Origin: a virus
Lineage: Duplodnaviria > Heunggongvirae > Uroviricota > Caudoviricetes
IMG/VR virus record: IMGVR_UViG_3300024268_000010
Strand: one strand, 5' to 3'
DNA length: 64,000 nt
In this document: positions 44,512 to 53,314 of the stretch, piece by piece
Layout: every line of letters starts with the position of its first letter
How positions within the stretch are numbered: position 1 is the first letter of the stretch
Notes under the pieces: generated by a model
Told to the model about the DNA's origin: nothing
What the model saw: only the letters and a program-made list of their open reading frames with translations
The model's database searches: none
Translations under genes and position numbers: made by a program

Positions 44512-44699
44512 TGTTTAAACGTAAAAAAACATACTGTGTACGATGGGCTTGGGCGGATGGCATTGCTCGTCAAGATATCGTGAGTGCAAAAGACATTGCT
44601 TATGCTTGGAGAGAACTAAAAAAAGAACATCCTTGTGCGGCATATTGCTTTAGAATTACTGAGATAAAGAATAACGAGTTTAAGGAGGACAGTGTATGA
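44511..44699 (+). CDS. Hypothetical protein
   Basis: TAATG overlap; GGAGG. Confidence 0.55.
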   Translation: MFKRKKTYCVRWAWADGIARQDIVSAKDIAYAWRELKKEHPCAAYCFRITEIKNNEFKEDSV

Positions 44700-44746
44700 C
44701 CGACACAGAATATATTGAAAGAACTTTTAGAACAGAGGGTGAATAA

Positions 44747-45034
44747 ATGAAATGTATAGATTGCGGTAGTTGTCATAAAACCGAACTCGTCAAATGGAAT
44801 CCCTTGGTATTGAAGTTTGAAAATGTAACTGTATATCAATGCTGGGGAGTGCCAGAACCATTTGAGATTGCTGATTTAGATGTTGAATGTCCTGCATATC
44901 CAAAAAAATATGAATGCAAGTTTTGTCATGGTGGCATTTATGGTGGTGTATTTTCTTTTGTAAAGCGTTGTAGTCCGGAAATTAGCGTTCATAAATTGTA
45001 CTGCCCTGTTTGTGGTAAAGAGTTAAAGAGGTGA
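44747..45034 (+). CDS. Cys-rich zinc-binding protein
   Basis: CIDC, CKFC, YCPVCG. Confidence 0.6.
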   Translation: MKCIDCGSCHKTELVKWNPLVLKFENVTVYQCWGVPEPFEIADLDVECPAYPKKYECKFCHGGIYGGVFSFVKRCSPEISVHKLYCPVCGKELKR

Positions 45035-45038
45035 TAAA

Positions 45039-45809
45039 ATGAAATTTTTTGTAAGTTCAGATATACATAGTGCGTATACGCCCTGGATGGAAGCGTTGAA
45101 TAAGGCCGGATTTGATGTAAATAATCCTGAACATAAAATTATATTGTGTGGAGATTTGTTCGATAGAATGGATGAATCTCAAAAAGTTTATAAGTTTGCA
45201 AAAGATATGCTTGAAAAAGACAAGTTAATATACATCAAGGGTAATCACGAATCATTGTTGGTTGATTGTTGCAAACGAGGATATCCAATGAGCCATGATA
45301 TTTCAAACGGCACTGCGGCGACTATTTATGATCTTGGTTATGGGTGGGAATTTGACGAGATGTGCAAATACACTCTTGTAAAAGTTCGTCCTCTTTTTGA
45401 TAAAATGGTTAATTATTTTGAAACACAGAACTATATTTTTGTGCATTCTTGGATTCCGACAATAAGCAAGGATGGACTTCCGGCTCATTACACAAGAGGA
45501 CGTAAGTTTGAATGGAATCCAGATTGGCGTAATGCAAGCCAAGAAGAATGGGATGATGCGACCTGGGGTAACCCTTTTGATATGGCATGGAATGGATTGA
45601 ATAAGACCGGCAAGGTAATTTGTTTTGGACATTGGCATTGTTCTACTGGATGGGCAAAATCAGAAGGGCGTAACGAATTTGGAAAAGGCGCCAAGTTTGA
45701 ACCCTATTACGGATGCGGATTTATTGGGCTTGATGCTTGCACGGCTTATAGTGGAAAAGTTAATGTAGTTGTTATTGAGGATGAACTTTTGGAGGATGAC
45801 AATGAGTAA
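45039..45809 (+). CDS. Calcineurin-like metallophosphoesterase
   Basis: SDIH, GDLFDR, GNHE, FVH, FGHWH. Confidence 0.9.
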   Translation: MKFFVSSDIHSAYTPWMEALNKAGFDVNNPEHKIILCGDLFDRMDESQKVYKFAKDMLEKDKLIYIKGNHESLLVDCCKRGYPMSHDISNGTAATIYDLGYGWEFDEMCKYTLVKVRPLFDKMVNYFETQNYIFVHSWIPTISKDGLPAHYTRGRKFEWNPDWRNASQEEWDDATWGNPFDMAWNGLNKTGKVICFGHWHCSTGWAKSEGRNEFGKGAKFEPYYGCGFIGLDACTAYSGKVNVVVIEDELLEDDNE

Positions 45810-46275
45810 TGAACTTAAAGACTGGATCGGTGATTTTACCGATGAACAGAAGAAAAATTACGAGCTGTGCATGCAATACCCCATTCTTATTCCAGATAAT
45901 GATGACGAATATATGTACGAGTATTCCAAACTCGACTTTTTCCCTGCTGGTTGGAAGAAGGCTTTTGGTGAGCAATGGGCAAAAGAAGTGCAAGCAGCCA
46001 TTAATAAAATGCCTATTGGTGTTCAAAAAGAGGCGTATATCACAGATATTAAAGAAAAATGGGGTCAATTAATAGTATTTTTGAGTGTTTACTCTGAAGA
46101 ATTGGACACAGTGCTCAAAAAATACGAACAACTTTCAGAAACTGTTTGTTGTCAGTGTGGCAAGTCTAAAACGGAAGTTTTTGATGGATGGTTTAGTTAT
46201 TTGTGCGATGACTGTGAAAATGAATTAATGAAAAGACGTAAAAATTTTAGGGGTTGGTTGGATGCAGATTGTTAA
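45802..46275 (+). CDS. Conserved hypothetical phage protein
   Basis: P.GW, IKEKWG.L, S..C..CG...W...LC..C. Confidence 0.7.
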   Translation: MSNELKDWIGDFTDEQKKNYELCMQYPILIPDNDDEYMYEYSKLDFFPAGWKKAFGEQWAKEVQAAINKMPIGVQKEAYITDIKEKWGQLIVFLSVYSEELDTVLKKYEQLSETVCCQCGKSKTEVFDGWFSYLCDDCENELMKRRKNFRGWLDADC

Positions 46276-46555
46276 AATTAAAGAAAGATTGTCTTTGGAA
46301 GAAAAAGAGACTTTGTTGCTATATGATACAGCAGATAAACAGTGGATTATGGATACAACTGTAATGAAACATTACAATAAGGCTAAGCGCCAAGGATGGG
46401 AGCAAATTAAAGAGTTTGTTTATGACGACGGAAGTGTTTGTGGAGGCATATTTATTGCAACAGATAGAGCGGTTACAATTCGAAACGTAGAAGCAAAGCA
46501 GATGTCTGATAAACAAATGGGAAATTTGTTGCAGGATGAAGATGATGAATTGTAA
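46262..46555 (+). CDS. Hypothetical protein
   Basis: 97 aa; EEKET. Confidence 0.65.
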   Translation: MQIVKIKERLSLEEKETLLLYDTADKQWIMDTTVMKHYNKAKRQGWEQIKEFVYDDGSVCGGIFIATDRAVTIRNVEAKQMSDKQMGNLLQDEDDEL

Positions 46556-46584
46556 ATAATTTGCAAACAATGCACTATAATATA

Positions 46585-46632
46585 TTGACATTTTCTTAAT
46601 TTATGGTATAATATATACAGTACAAAGTGATT
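46585..46632 (+). promoter_or_regulatory. sigmaA promoter of the RNA polymerase operon with 17-bp motif
   Basis: TTGACA-16-TATAAT with TG extension, then TACAGTACAAAGTGATT. Confidence 0.8.
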
Positions 46633-46646
46633 AGGAGGATGTTAGT

Positions 46647-46727
46647 ATGTATGGTGCATTTTTTCTTGTACCTCTTTTTTGCGTTGGATTGTTTTTAATT
46701 AACAAGAGAAGAGACAAAATAGCATGA
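46647..46727 (+). CDS. 26-aa hydrophobic peptide with basic tail
   Basis: AGGAGG-N8-ATG; MYGAFFLVPLFCVGLFLINKRRDKIA. Confidence 0.55.
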   Translation: MYGAFFLVPLFCVGLFLINKRRDKIA

Positions 46728-46748
46728 CAACCAGGGTGGTGATTTATA

Positions 46749-49520
46749 TTGAAATTACAAAAAACACATATATACACATTAAAACTGCATAGCAGTTTAT
46801 TAGATGGATATGGTTGGAATTATACTACAACCATCGAAGAATTAAGAAAAGATGTTTGCGCTATTGTTAGTTTAAATGATAGCCAAGTGCTTAGATGGCT
46901 TGCAAAAATTAACGGAACAGAAAATTCAGACCAAGTCGCAAAAGAAATCAAAACTGAAATTAAGAGATTAAAAAAAGAACCTACTACGAAAAACAACAAA
47001 AAGGCAATTGCTGAAAAATATAAACAACTTTATAAAACTCGTTTTACATCCGACTATATGATGATTGTTTTTGATAAAAAATCTCATTATGATAGGGCGA
47101 GAAAGGGCTTTTCTATCACAATTGATGGTGTTACTACACAATATAGGAGGTTTATTGGCACTGCAAATTCCATCAAAAAGAACACTATTATTTTTGTTAA
47201 TATAAATGTGTACGACAAATTGATGTGGCATATGAATAACGGTCGTGATATGAACAAACCCGCCGTGCCAGCAAAATTAGAAGCATATATGTCGTTGGCT
47301 TGTTCTGGTAGCATTCCTTTAAAAGAGTTTCCGCGCATTATGGTGGTTGATGATTGTATTACTCACGCCATTGTACCAGAAATGCTGCACTTAGACTATA
47401 CCGATATGTCTCTTGATGAACCAGTAATTGAATTACGAAAAAATCAAGAGATTGAAATTAACGGGTCTGATGGCTTTGGGCTAATGACTCCGGAGTTCTC
47501 AAAGAGGGTTAATGCTCAACTAGGTGGAGATCCAACACAGTGTGTAACATTTAATTCTAGATGTGCGTTTACAAAGGGGATGTTAGTACCGTTTGATTTT
47601 GTGGATTTTGCAGAGCAAAAAGCGAATGGTAAATATATGATCAAGGATGCTTGGGGTAATTTGCAGGATGTACGCGAGCACGATGTTATTCTTACGGTTT
47701 CCATGCTGAAACTATGGGATAGTTATTCTTCTTGCGAAGATTATGTGCAAAAATGTGTAGAACATGGATTTGATTTTTGCGTTGCAAAAACTGCACCTCA
47801 TGAATTAGATTCTCAGCAGACTTCAAATTATCAGTTTTTACAAGATTTCATTAATTTAACAGATGAAGATATTGATGAACTAATAGAGCCTACTGTAAAT
47901 CATATTAAAAATGCTCTTGGTTTAGACTGGAGAAAGCTTTTATTATATATGTGCGGCAAGGGTTTAGATGAAAAAACATACAAATATACTGAACCAATAG
48001 CAAGAGCAATTATGGCGTACCCTGAAATTATCAAAGATAAATATATACGTTCTCGTATTGAGAAGATGATTGCAAAAAGCATCAAAGATGCAAAAATAGG
48101 AGTTCTTCAGCTTCATGGAAATTTTCAAATTATTTCTGGTGACCCTTATTGTCTAGCTGAGTCTATTTTTGGACTTCCAAAAATCGGCTTACTCAAGGCT
48201 GGTGAAGCTTATAGTAGATATTGGATTGATAGAAAAGTTGACAAAGTAACTGCATTTCGTGCCCCTATGATTGTTCAAAATAATGTAGCTCAATTAAATA
48301 TTGTTCGTAATTTAGAAATAGATTATTGGTATCAATATATTAATAGCACTATTGTTTTAAACAATTTTAGTGATATATGCATTAGGGAGTGTGGCTGCGA
48401 CTTTGACGCTGATACATTTATGACGACCGATAATCCGGTTTTGTTGAGAAAGTATCGCCATTTGCCAGCAATAGATTGTGTGTCAGTCAGTCCAGAGAAA
48501 AAGATTCCCACCGAAAATGATTTTGTTATGAGTGAAAAGCGTGGTTTTAATGATCAGATTGGGTCTATTACTAACAAGGGAACTGGGCAAAAAAGTATGC
48601 AATCTGCATATGATATCGGTTCGGCAGAATACGAAGAACTTGGGAAAAGAGCAATTTGTTGTGTACAGCTACAGCAATCAGAAATTGATGCAGTGAAAGG
48701 TGCGTGGAGCCGTCCTGCTCCGAAACATTGGTTTGATTATAAGTCTAATATTATTGAAGACGGCGATGATGACGAGGCAATACAAAGAAAGTTAATGAAT
48801 CAAAAATTGGTTGTAAAAAAACCGTTTTTCTTTATTTTTAATTATGAATATCTGTATAAAGATTATATGAAATATATGAAAAACGTTGATGCCAATTCAC
48901 AATTAAGATTTGGTAAGACATTGTCTGAATTATTGAATTCAATGTCGCCCTCTGACGATGAGAAGGAGTTTATCGATAACTATTATAAATATCTTCCGGT
49001 TGATTGTTCTCCTGGTATTATTAATAGAATTTGTTGGAAGATTGAAGATATATTTAAGAGTAAAGATATGCTTCCAGACGCAAATTTTGATTATCACATT
49101 CTTACATCAGACGCAACCTATAGTAAAGTGGAGTTTAACACAGTTGAAGAATTGTATGCGGAGTACATACGCACCATTCGTAATATCAAAAAGCAATACG
49201 TTCAAAAAAGCAATGATGTTGCGGATAATGATATGGTTGCGGATTTATTTGTTGCAAGGGAGGCATGGAAAGAAAAGTGTTTATCTGTTTGCAATAACGA
49301 ACAAGTATTAACGAATATTTTGCTTGAGGTTTGTTATAATTCCAATAATTCAAAATCTATGGTATGGGATGTCTGCGGAGAACAAATTGTGAAAAATCTT
49401 TTAGAGAAAAATAATAATATACTTCGTTTCCCAAAGAGATGTGCCGATGGAGATATTGAATTTGATGGAGAGATGTTTGCTATAAGTGAGGTGATAGTTA
49501 ATGAAGAAGTTGACATTTAG
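46749..49520 (+). CDS. YonO-like single-subunit two-barrel DNA-dependent RNA polymerase
   Basis: 923 aa; SDGFG, R..FTKGM, SNYQFLQ, FRAP, GCDFDADT, IGSITN, EIDAVKG; upstream of late genes. Confidence 0.88.
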   Translation: MKLQKTHIYTLKLHSSLLDGYGWNYTTTIEELRKDVCAIVSLNDSQVLRWLAKINGTENSDQVAKEIKTEIKRLKKEPTTKNNKKAIAEKYKQLYKTRFTSDYMMIVFDKKSHYDRARKGFSITIDGVTTQYRRFIGTANSIKKNTIIFVNINVYDKLMWHMNNGRDMNKPAVPAKLEAYMSLACSGSIPLKEFPRIMVVDDCITHAIVPEMLHLDYTDMSLDEPVIELRKNQEIEINGSDGFGLMTPEFSKRVNAQLGGDPTQCVTFNSRCAFTKGMLVPFDFVDFAEQKANGKYMIKDAWGNLQDVREHDVILTVSMLKLWDSYSSCEDYVQKCVEHGFDFCVAKTAPHELDSQQTSNYQFLQDFINLTDEDIDELIEPTVNHIKNALGLDWRKLLLYMCGKGLDEKTYKYTEPIARAIMAYPEIIKDKYIRSRIEKMIAKSIKDAKIGVLQLHGNFQIISGDPYCLAESIFGLPKIGLLKAGEAYSRYWIDRKVDKVTAFRAPMIVQNNVAQLNIVRNLEIDYWYQYINSTIVLNNFSDICIRECGCDFDADTFMTTDNPVLLRKYRHLPAIDCVSVSPEKKIPTENDFVMSEKRGFNDQIGSITNKGTGQKSMQSAYDIGSAEYEELGKRAICCVQLQQSEIDAVKGAWSRPAPKHWFDYKSNIIEDGDDDEAIQRKLMNQKLVVKKPFFFIFNYEYLYKDYMKYMKNVDANSQLRFGKTLSELLNSMSPSDDEKEFIDNYYKYLPVDCSPGIINRICWKIEDIFKSKDMLPDANFDYHILTSDATYSKVEFNTVEELYAEYIRTIRNIKKQYVQKSNDVADNDMVADLFVAREAWKEKCLSVCNNEQVLTNILLEVCYNSNNSKSMVWDVCGEQIVKNLLEKNNNILRFPKRCADGDIEFDGEMFAISEVIVNEEVDI

Positions 49521-50298
49521 TGAAAAAAGGGATATAGAAAAAGTTTTGGCATCTGGAGATGTGACTCAAGATAATGTTATACACGTTATTAGTGGTATAG
49601 CAAAATACAATTTTCGAGTAAAGCATATGAGCGATGAGGATAACTATTCTTACATTAAAAATTGGCTCTCTATACATTATCAATATTATGTTGAAACTGA
49701 ATTATATGGCGTAATTACACAAAAAGTTGAGGCAGCCCATAATTATGATTTGTTGGAGAGCGACTCTTTGGCAATATACCAGAGTGAATTGGATGTAATT
49801 TTGGCATCTGGAGATATTAGAACTGAGAAGGTTTTGTTTACTGTCTTGTGTATTGCAAAACTTCAAAAAAATATTTTTGGTTATCAAAATGGAAAATACA
49901 AGTATGCTTTAACAAATATTTTTAAGTTGGCTAGAGTTCACATTCCTTCAATTGATCGCAATCAATTTATGCACACTTTGTTAGATAAGGGATATATTAA
50001 TGCACCTTTTAGAGTTGATGACGAGCAAAGATATGTTACATTTATGTCAGATGGAATCAACGATAAGGAAGTTATAATAGTTTCGGGTAGTGATTTTGAC
50101 GAGTTAGCCTTTGTATATGAAGATTGGAAAAGCCAGGGTCAGAATTTTGATAGGTGTAAAAAATGTGGTATACTAATTAAGAAAAGTAAGACTAAACCAA
50201 AGAAATATTGTGAAGAGTGTGCGAAAAGTGTGCAAACTGAACAAAAAAAGCTTTGGGCAGAAGTTAATAGAAAAAATCTTACGCAACAAAATGATTAG
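49501..50298 (+). CDS. RNAP-linked protein with C-terminal zinc finger
   Basis: CKKCG...KYCEEC; overlaps RNAP stop. Confidence 0.7.
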   Translation: MKKLTFSEKRDIEKVLASGDVTQDNVIHVISGIAKYNFRVKHMSDEDNYSYIKNWLSIHYQYYVETELYGVITQKVEAAHNYDLLESDSLAIYQSELDVILASGDIRTEKVLFTVLCIAKLQKNIFGYQNGKYKYALTNIFKLARVHIPSIDRNQFMHTLLDKGYINAPFRVDDEQRYVTFMSDGINDKEVIIVSGSDFDELAFVYEDWKSQGQNFDRCKKCGILIKKSKTKPKKYCEECAKSVQTEQKKLWAEVNRKNLTQQND

Positions 50299-50409
50299 CA
50301 AATTCCTTATGGTTTATAGAACGATACTTTTTTTGTAGTTTAGGGTAGGATTTACATCAGTATTTTCCTATATCAAAATTATTATTCGATAACAAAGGAG
50401 AAAAAACAT

Positions 50410-50640
50410 ATGGCCGATAAAATTATGCGTAAATACAACGTTTCCGCTTCAGGCATTTTAACCATTGATAGAAACGGCAAACTTTACATCAGTTGTGAAG
50501 ATGGTGCACAGGATGTAAGTCTTGCGAAGTTGCTTGAAGATTTCGATGGCAGACAGGTGAATGTATCGTGCAAGTATGAAGAAGAATATTCTACGGAAGA
50601 TGAAATTGAAGTTGACGAAGAAACTGGTGAAGTAATGTAA
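50410..50640 (+). CDS. YonK-like small protein
   Basis: V...G.L...L..LL.DFDG..V.VS.K.EEE. Confidence 0.65.
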   Translation: MADKIMRKYNVSASGILTIDRNGKLYISCEDGAQDVSLAKLLEDFDGRQVNVSCKYEEEYSTEDEIEVDEETGEVM

Positions 50641-50756
50641 GATGAACATCTCTTATAGGCTTTGGTATCGACACAAAGCACACTTATAAACGTTCTGATA
50701 TAAATATAGTGTGGTAACGGGGAGAGGCGCACTTAAATATCCCCTTTCCACCAAAT

Positions 50757-50831
50757 GGTCGGTTAGTGAAGTGGTTAACACACAAGATTTTCATTCTTGT
50801 AGCACGAGTTCGAATCTCGTACCGACTACCA
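50757..50831 (+). tRNA. tRNA-Glu (TTC)
   Basis: Cloverleaf; CAAGA-TTTTCAT-TCTTG; CCA. Confidence 0.9.
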
Positions 50832-50834
50832 CAT

Positions 50835-50910
50835 GACACCATAGCTCAGTTGGTAGAGCAGCAGACTGTTAATCTGCGGGTCGTAGGTTCAAGCCCTACT
50901 GGTGTCGCCA
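50835..50910 (+). tRNA. tRNA-Asn (GTT)
   Basis: GCAGA-CTGTTAA-TCTGC; CCA. Confidence 0.93.
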
Positions 50911-50914
50911 TTAT

Positions 50915-50990
50915 GGGGGTGTAGCTCAGTTGGGAGAGCACCTGCCCTGCAAGCAGGGGGTCAAGGGTTCGAATCCCTTCATCTCCACCA
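50915..50990 (+). tRNA. tRNA-Ala (TGC), C33 variant
   Basis: G3:U70; CCTGC-CCTGCAA-GCAGG; CCA. Confidence 0.9.
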
Positions 50991-51130
50991 TCGGGTAGAT
51001 AAGATAACAAAATGCGCCACTACCTACAACATATTGGACAAGACGGTAGCCATCGTACTTAGTGCGGGGTCGTTAGTCGGTATGGTATCAAATTGGCAGA
51101 TGTGTGGTTGACGGTACCTAACCGTTATTT

Positions 51131-51207
51131 GGCCCGGTAGTTCAGTTGGTTAGAACGCTAGCCTGTCACGCTAGAGGTCGTGGGTTCGAGTCCCATCCGG
51201 GTCGCCA
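51131..51207 (+). tRNA. tRNA-Asp (GTC)
   Basis: CTAGC-CTGTCAC-GCTAG; CCA. Confidence 0.95.
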
Positions 51208-51259
51208 AGCAGTTTTTAGTAGGTTTCTGCTGCCACAGCTAAATAAACTTACATTTTAT

Positions 51260-51344
51260 GGGAGAGTAGTAAATCGGCAACTACACGGGACTGTAAATCC
51301 CGCACCTTCGGGTACAGTGGGGTCGGCACCCACCTCTCCCACCA
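51260..51344 (+). tRNA. tRNA-Tyr (GTA), atypical T-loop
   Basis: CGGGA-CTGTAAA-TCCCG; long variable arm; T-loop GTCGGCA; CCA. Confidence 0.85.
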
Positions 51345-51348
51345 ACAA

Positions 51349-51448
51349 AAGACACATACAGCAACTTTATCTGGTTGTCAAGCGGTTAAGACATTTCTCT
51401 CGAAAAGAAATAACACGGGTTCAAATCCCGTCCTACATAATGTGTCTT
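51349..51448 (+). ncRNA. tRNA-like element (anticodon CGA) lacking a normal acceptor stem
   Basis: D, anticodon and T arms enclosed by AAGACACA/TGTGTCTT. Confidence 0.65.
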
Positions 51449-51455
51449 GTTTGAT

Positions 51456-51530
51456 GCTGGCGTAGCACAACGGTAGTGCCCCTCACTTGTAATGAGGATG
51501 TTGTAGGTTCGAATCCTATCGCCAGCTCCA
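51456..51530 (+). tRNA. tRNA-Thr (TGT)
   Basis: CCTCA-CTTGTAA-TGAGG; CCA. Confidence 0.92.
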
Positions 51531-51536
51531 ATATAT

Positions 51537-51614
51537 TGCGGGGTAGAGCAGTCAGGTAGCTCGTTAGGCTCATAACCTAAAAGTCGGTGGTTCAAATCCA
51601 CCCCTTCGCAACCA
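51537..51614 (+). tRNA. tRNA-Met (CAT), initiator-like body
   Basis: TGCGGGG...GAGCAG...GCTC; TTAGG-CTCATAA-CCTAA; one extra C before the 3' acceptor strand. Confidence 0.85.
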
Positions 51615-51620
51615 AACAGA

Positions 51621-51666
51621 ACCCGACACGCCTCTCAACGATGCGGACCACGTCGGGTCGTTTTTT
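51621..51666 (+). terminator. Large-loop hairpin with T tract after tRNA cluster
   Basis: ACCCGAC...GTCGGGT-CG-TTTTTT. Confidence 0.5.
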
Positions 51667-51693
51667 ATTAAAAAGAGAATGGAGGAGAAGATT

Positions 51694-52014
51694 ATGGTTG
51701 TAACACGAGAAATGATAATTAAAACACTTTCAGAAAAAAGTGGCTATTATCAAAAAGATGTGAGATCGCTTTTACAATGTCTTGACGATGTTGTGCTTGA
51801 ATATTTTAGTGCCGTAACTGACGAAGAAGATGTGTCAATACAACTAGTGCAGGGTGTGAAAATTGGTTGCAAAGTTGTGCCAGAAAGAGCACGTAAGGAT
51901 CCTAGGGACCAGAGTGATATCGTATGTCTAGCCCAAACAAAGCCATTTGCGAAATTTTCACAAAATTTTAGAGATATTATTCAAAAACAATATGAATCTA
52001 GAAAGGACGGTTAA
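51694..52014 (+). CDS. HU/IHF-like DNA-binding protein
   Basis: Helical N-terminus, ERARKDP arm, P.AKFS..F; start after GGAGGAG. Confidence 0.8.
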   Translation: MVVTREMIIKTLSEKSGYYQKDVRSLLQCLDDVVLEYFSAVTDEEDVSIQLVQGVKIGCKVVPERARKDPRDQSDIVCLAQTKPFAKFSQNFRDIIQKQYESRKDG

Positions 52015-52030
52015 TGCCGTCTTTTTATTT
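52003..52030 (+). terminator. Intrinsic terminator
   Basis: AAGGACGG-TTAATG-CCGTCTTT-TTATTT. Confidence 0.7.
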
Positions 52031-52053
52031 TTAAAAGAAGGGGAAGAAGAGTT

Positions 52054-53277
52054 ATGAATGATGTTTTGAAAAGATTAGACGGAGAAACTGAAAATCAAAT
52101 GTTGTGGCGTCTTGGTAGAGCCAAAGCGTCAGGTGTTTTGGGTGCAATCACATGGCCTGAAGTAGCAGCAGTTATGAATAAAGAGTTTCGAGATGGAGAG
52201 GAAAATTATTTTGATTCTTCTGCTTATCGTAAAAGGTATAAAAATTTTTCAGACGCATATGAAGAACTTTTTAGTAAAGAAAACTTTGCTAGTAAGGAAA
52301 TTGTATCTCTTGTAGAGCATAAGCGTGAACTTGAAAAAGAAAAAATTAAACTTCGAGATGAGCGTATCGATTATCAAAAATCGTTAAGAGAGGACGCACG
52401 CAGAGAGTCTTTTATTGAACTCGTTGAAAGAGCCATGGCAAGCAATGTTGAATCGTTTGATTATAAACCATCAAGAATATCATATTATACGGATTCCGAC
52501 GACATGGTTGTTTGTTTGAGCGATTTGCATGCAGGCATTGAGGTTCAAAATTGGTGGAACACATATGATGTTAAAATTTTAAAAAGTAGGTTGCATCGTT
52601 ATCTTGATGAGATTATCAGAATTCAACACACACATCGTTGTAACACTTGTCATCTTGTTCTTGGTGGGGATAATATTTCAGGACTAATCCACTCTAACCT
52701 TAGATTACAAAACAACGAAAATGTTGTAGAGCAACTTAAAATTGCTGTAACTTATATCGGTGAGTTTATTAATGCATTACAAGTTTTTTTTGATGAAATT
52801 AAAGTGCACAGTGTATCTGGTAATCATTCAAGATTAAATCCAAACAAAGATGACCATCTAAAAGGTGAAGAACTTGATGATATGATTCCGTTTTGTTTGA
52901 GTTTACAGTTTGCAAAAAACGACAAAGTTAAAATTTGTGATGGTTATGCAGAAAAGATTGATAGCACTATGAGTGCGTTTGTTACTACTGGTGGAAAACG
53001 TTTTTATATTGTCCACGGTGATAAAGATGCCCCGTCCAATGTGGTGAAAAATCTTACACTTATATCTGGTACCAAGCCTGATGGTATTATTATGGGTCAC
53101 AGACATCATAATGCTTTAGATACGGAGCATAATGTAAAAATTATTCAGTGTGGCTGTGTGGTCGGCATGGATGATTATTGTGTAGATAAACGTATTTCTG
53201 GTGAGCCAGAACAATGTGTATTTATCACAAGTAAAAATAGAACAGTCAAATGTTTATATGACATTGGATTAAATTAA
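52054..53277 (+). CDS. Metallophosphoesterase/exonuclease with N-terminal coiled coil
   Basis: SDLH, GGD, GNH, VHGD, GHRH. Confidence 0.85.
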   Translation: MNDVLKRLDGETENQMLWRLGRAKASGVLGAITWPEVAAVMNKEFRDGEENYFDSSAYRKRYKNFSDAYEELFSKENFASKEIVSLVEHKRELEKEKIKLRDERIDYQKSLREDARRESFIELVERAMASNVESFDYKPSRISYYTDSDDMVVCLSDLHAGIEVQNWWNTYDVKILKSRLHRYLDEIIRIQHTHRCNTCHLVLGGDNISGLIHSNLRLQNNENVVEQLKIAVTYIGEFINALQVFFDEIKVHSVSGNHSRLNPNKDDHLKGEELDDMIPFCLSLQFAKNDKVKICDGYAEKIDSTMSAFVTTGGKRFYIVHGDKDAPSNVVKNLTLISGTKPDGIIMGHRHHNALDTEHNVKIIQCGCVVGMDDYCVDKRISGEPEQCVFITSKNRTVKCLYDIGLN

Positions 53278-53314
53278 TACAATACAAAATGATTTAGAAA
53301 GAGAGAAAATAATT

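Noticed and set aside
46749..49520. RNA-dependent RNA polymerase or reverse transcriptase replicating the ribozyme-flanked RNAs
   Set aside because: Motifs and position before the late genes fit YonO-type DNA-dependent RNAP; no reverse transcriptase is visible in the window.
50902..51601. ORF-track ORFs over the tRNA cluster
   Set aside because: Spurious translations of tRNA genes.
50757..51666. Theta (HDV-like) ribozymes at tRNA 3' ends
   Set aside because: I inspected each trailer and found no P3/L3 plus J4/2 pattern; all tRNAs encode CCA.
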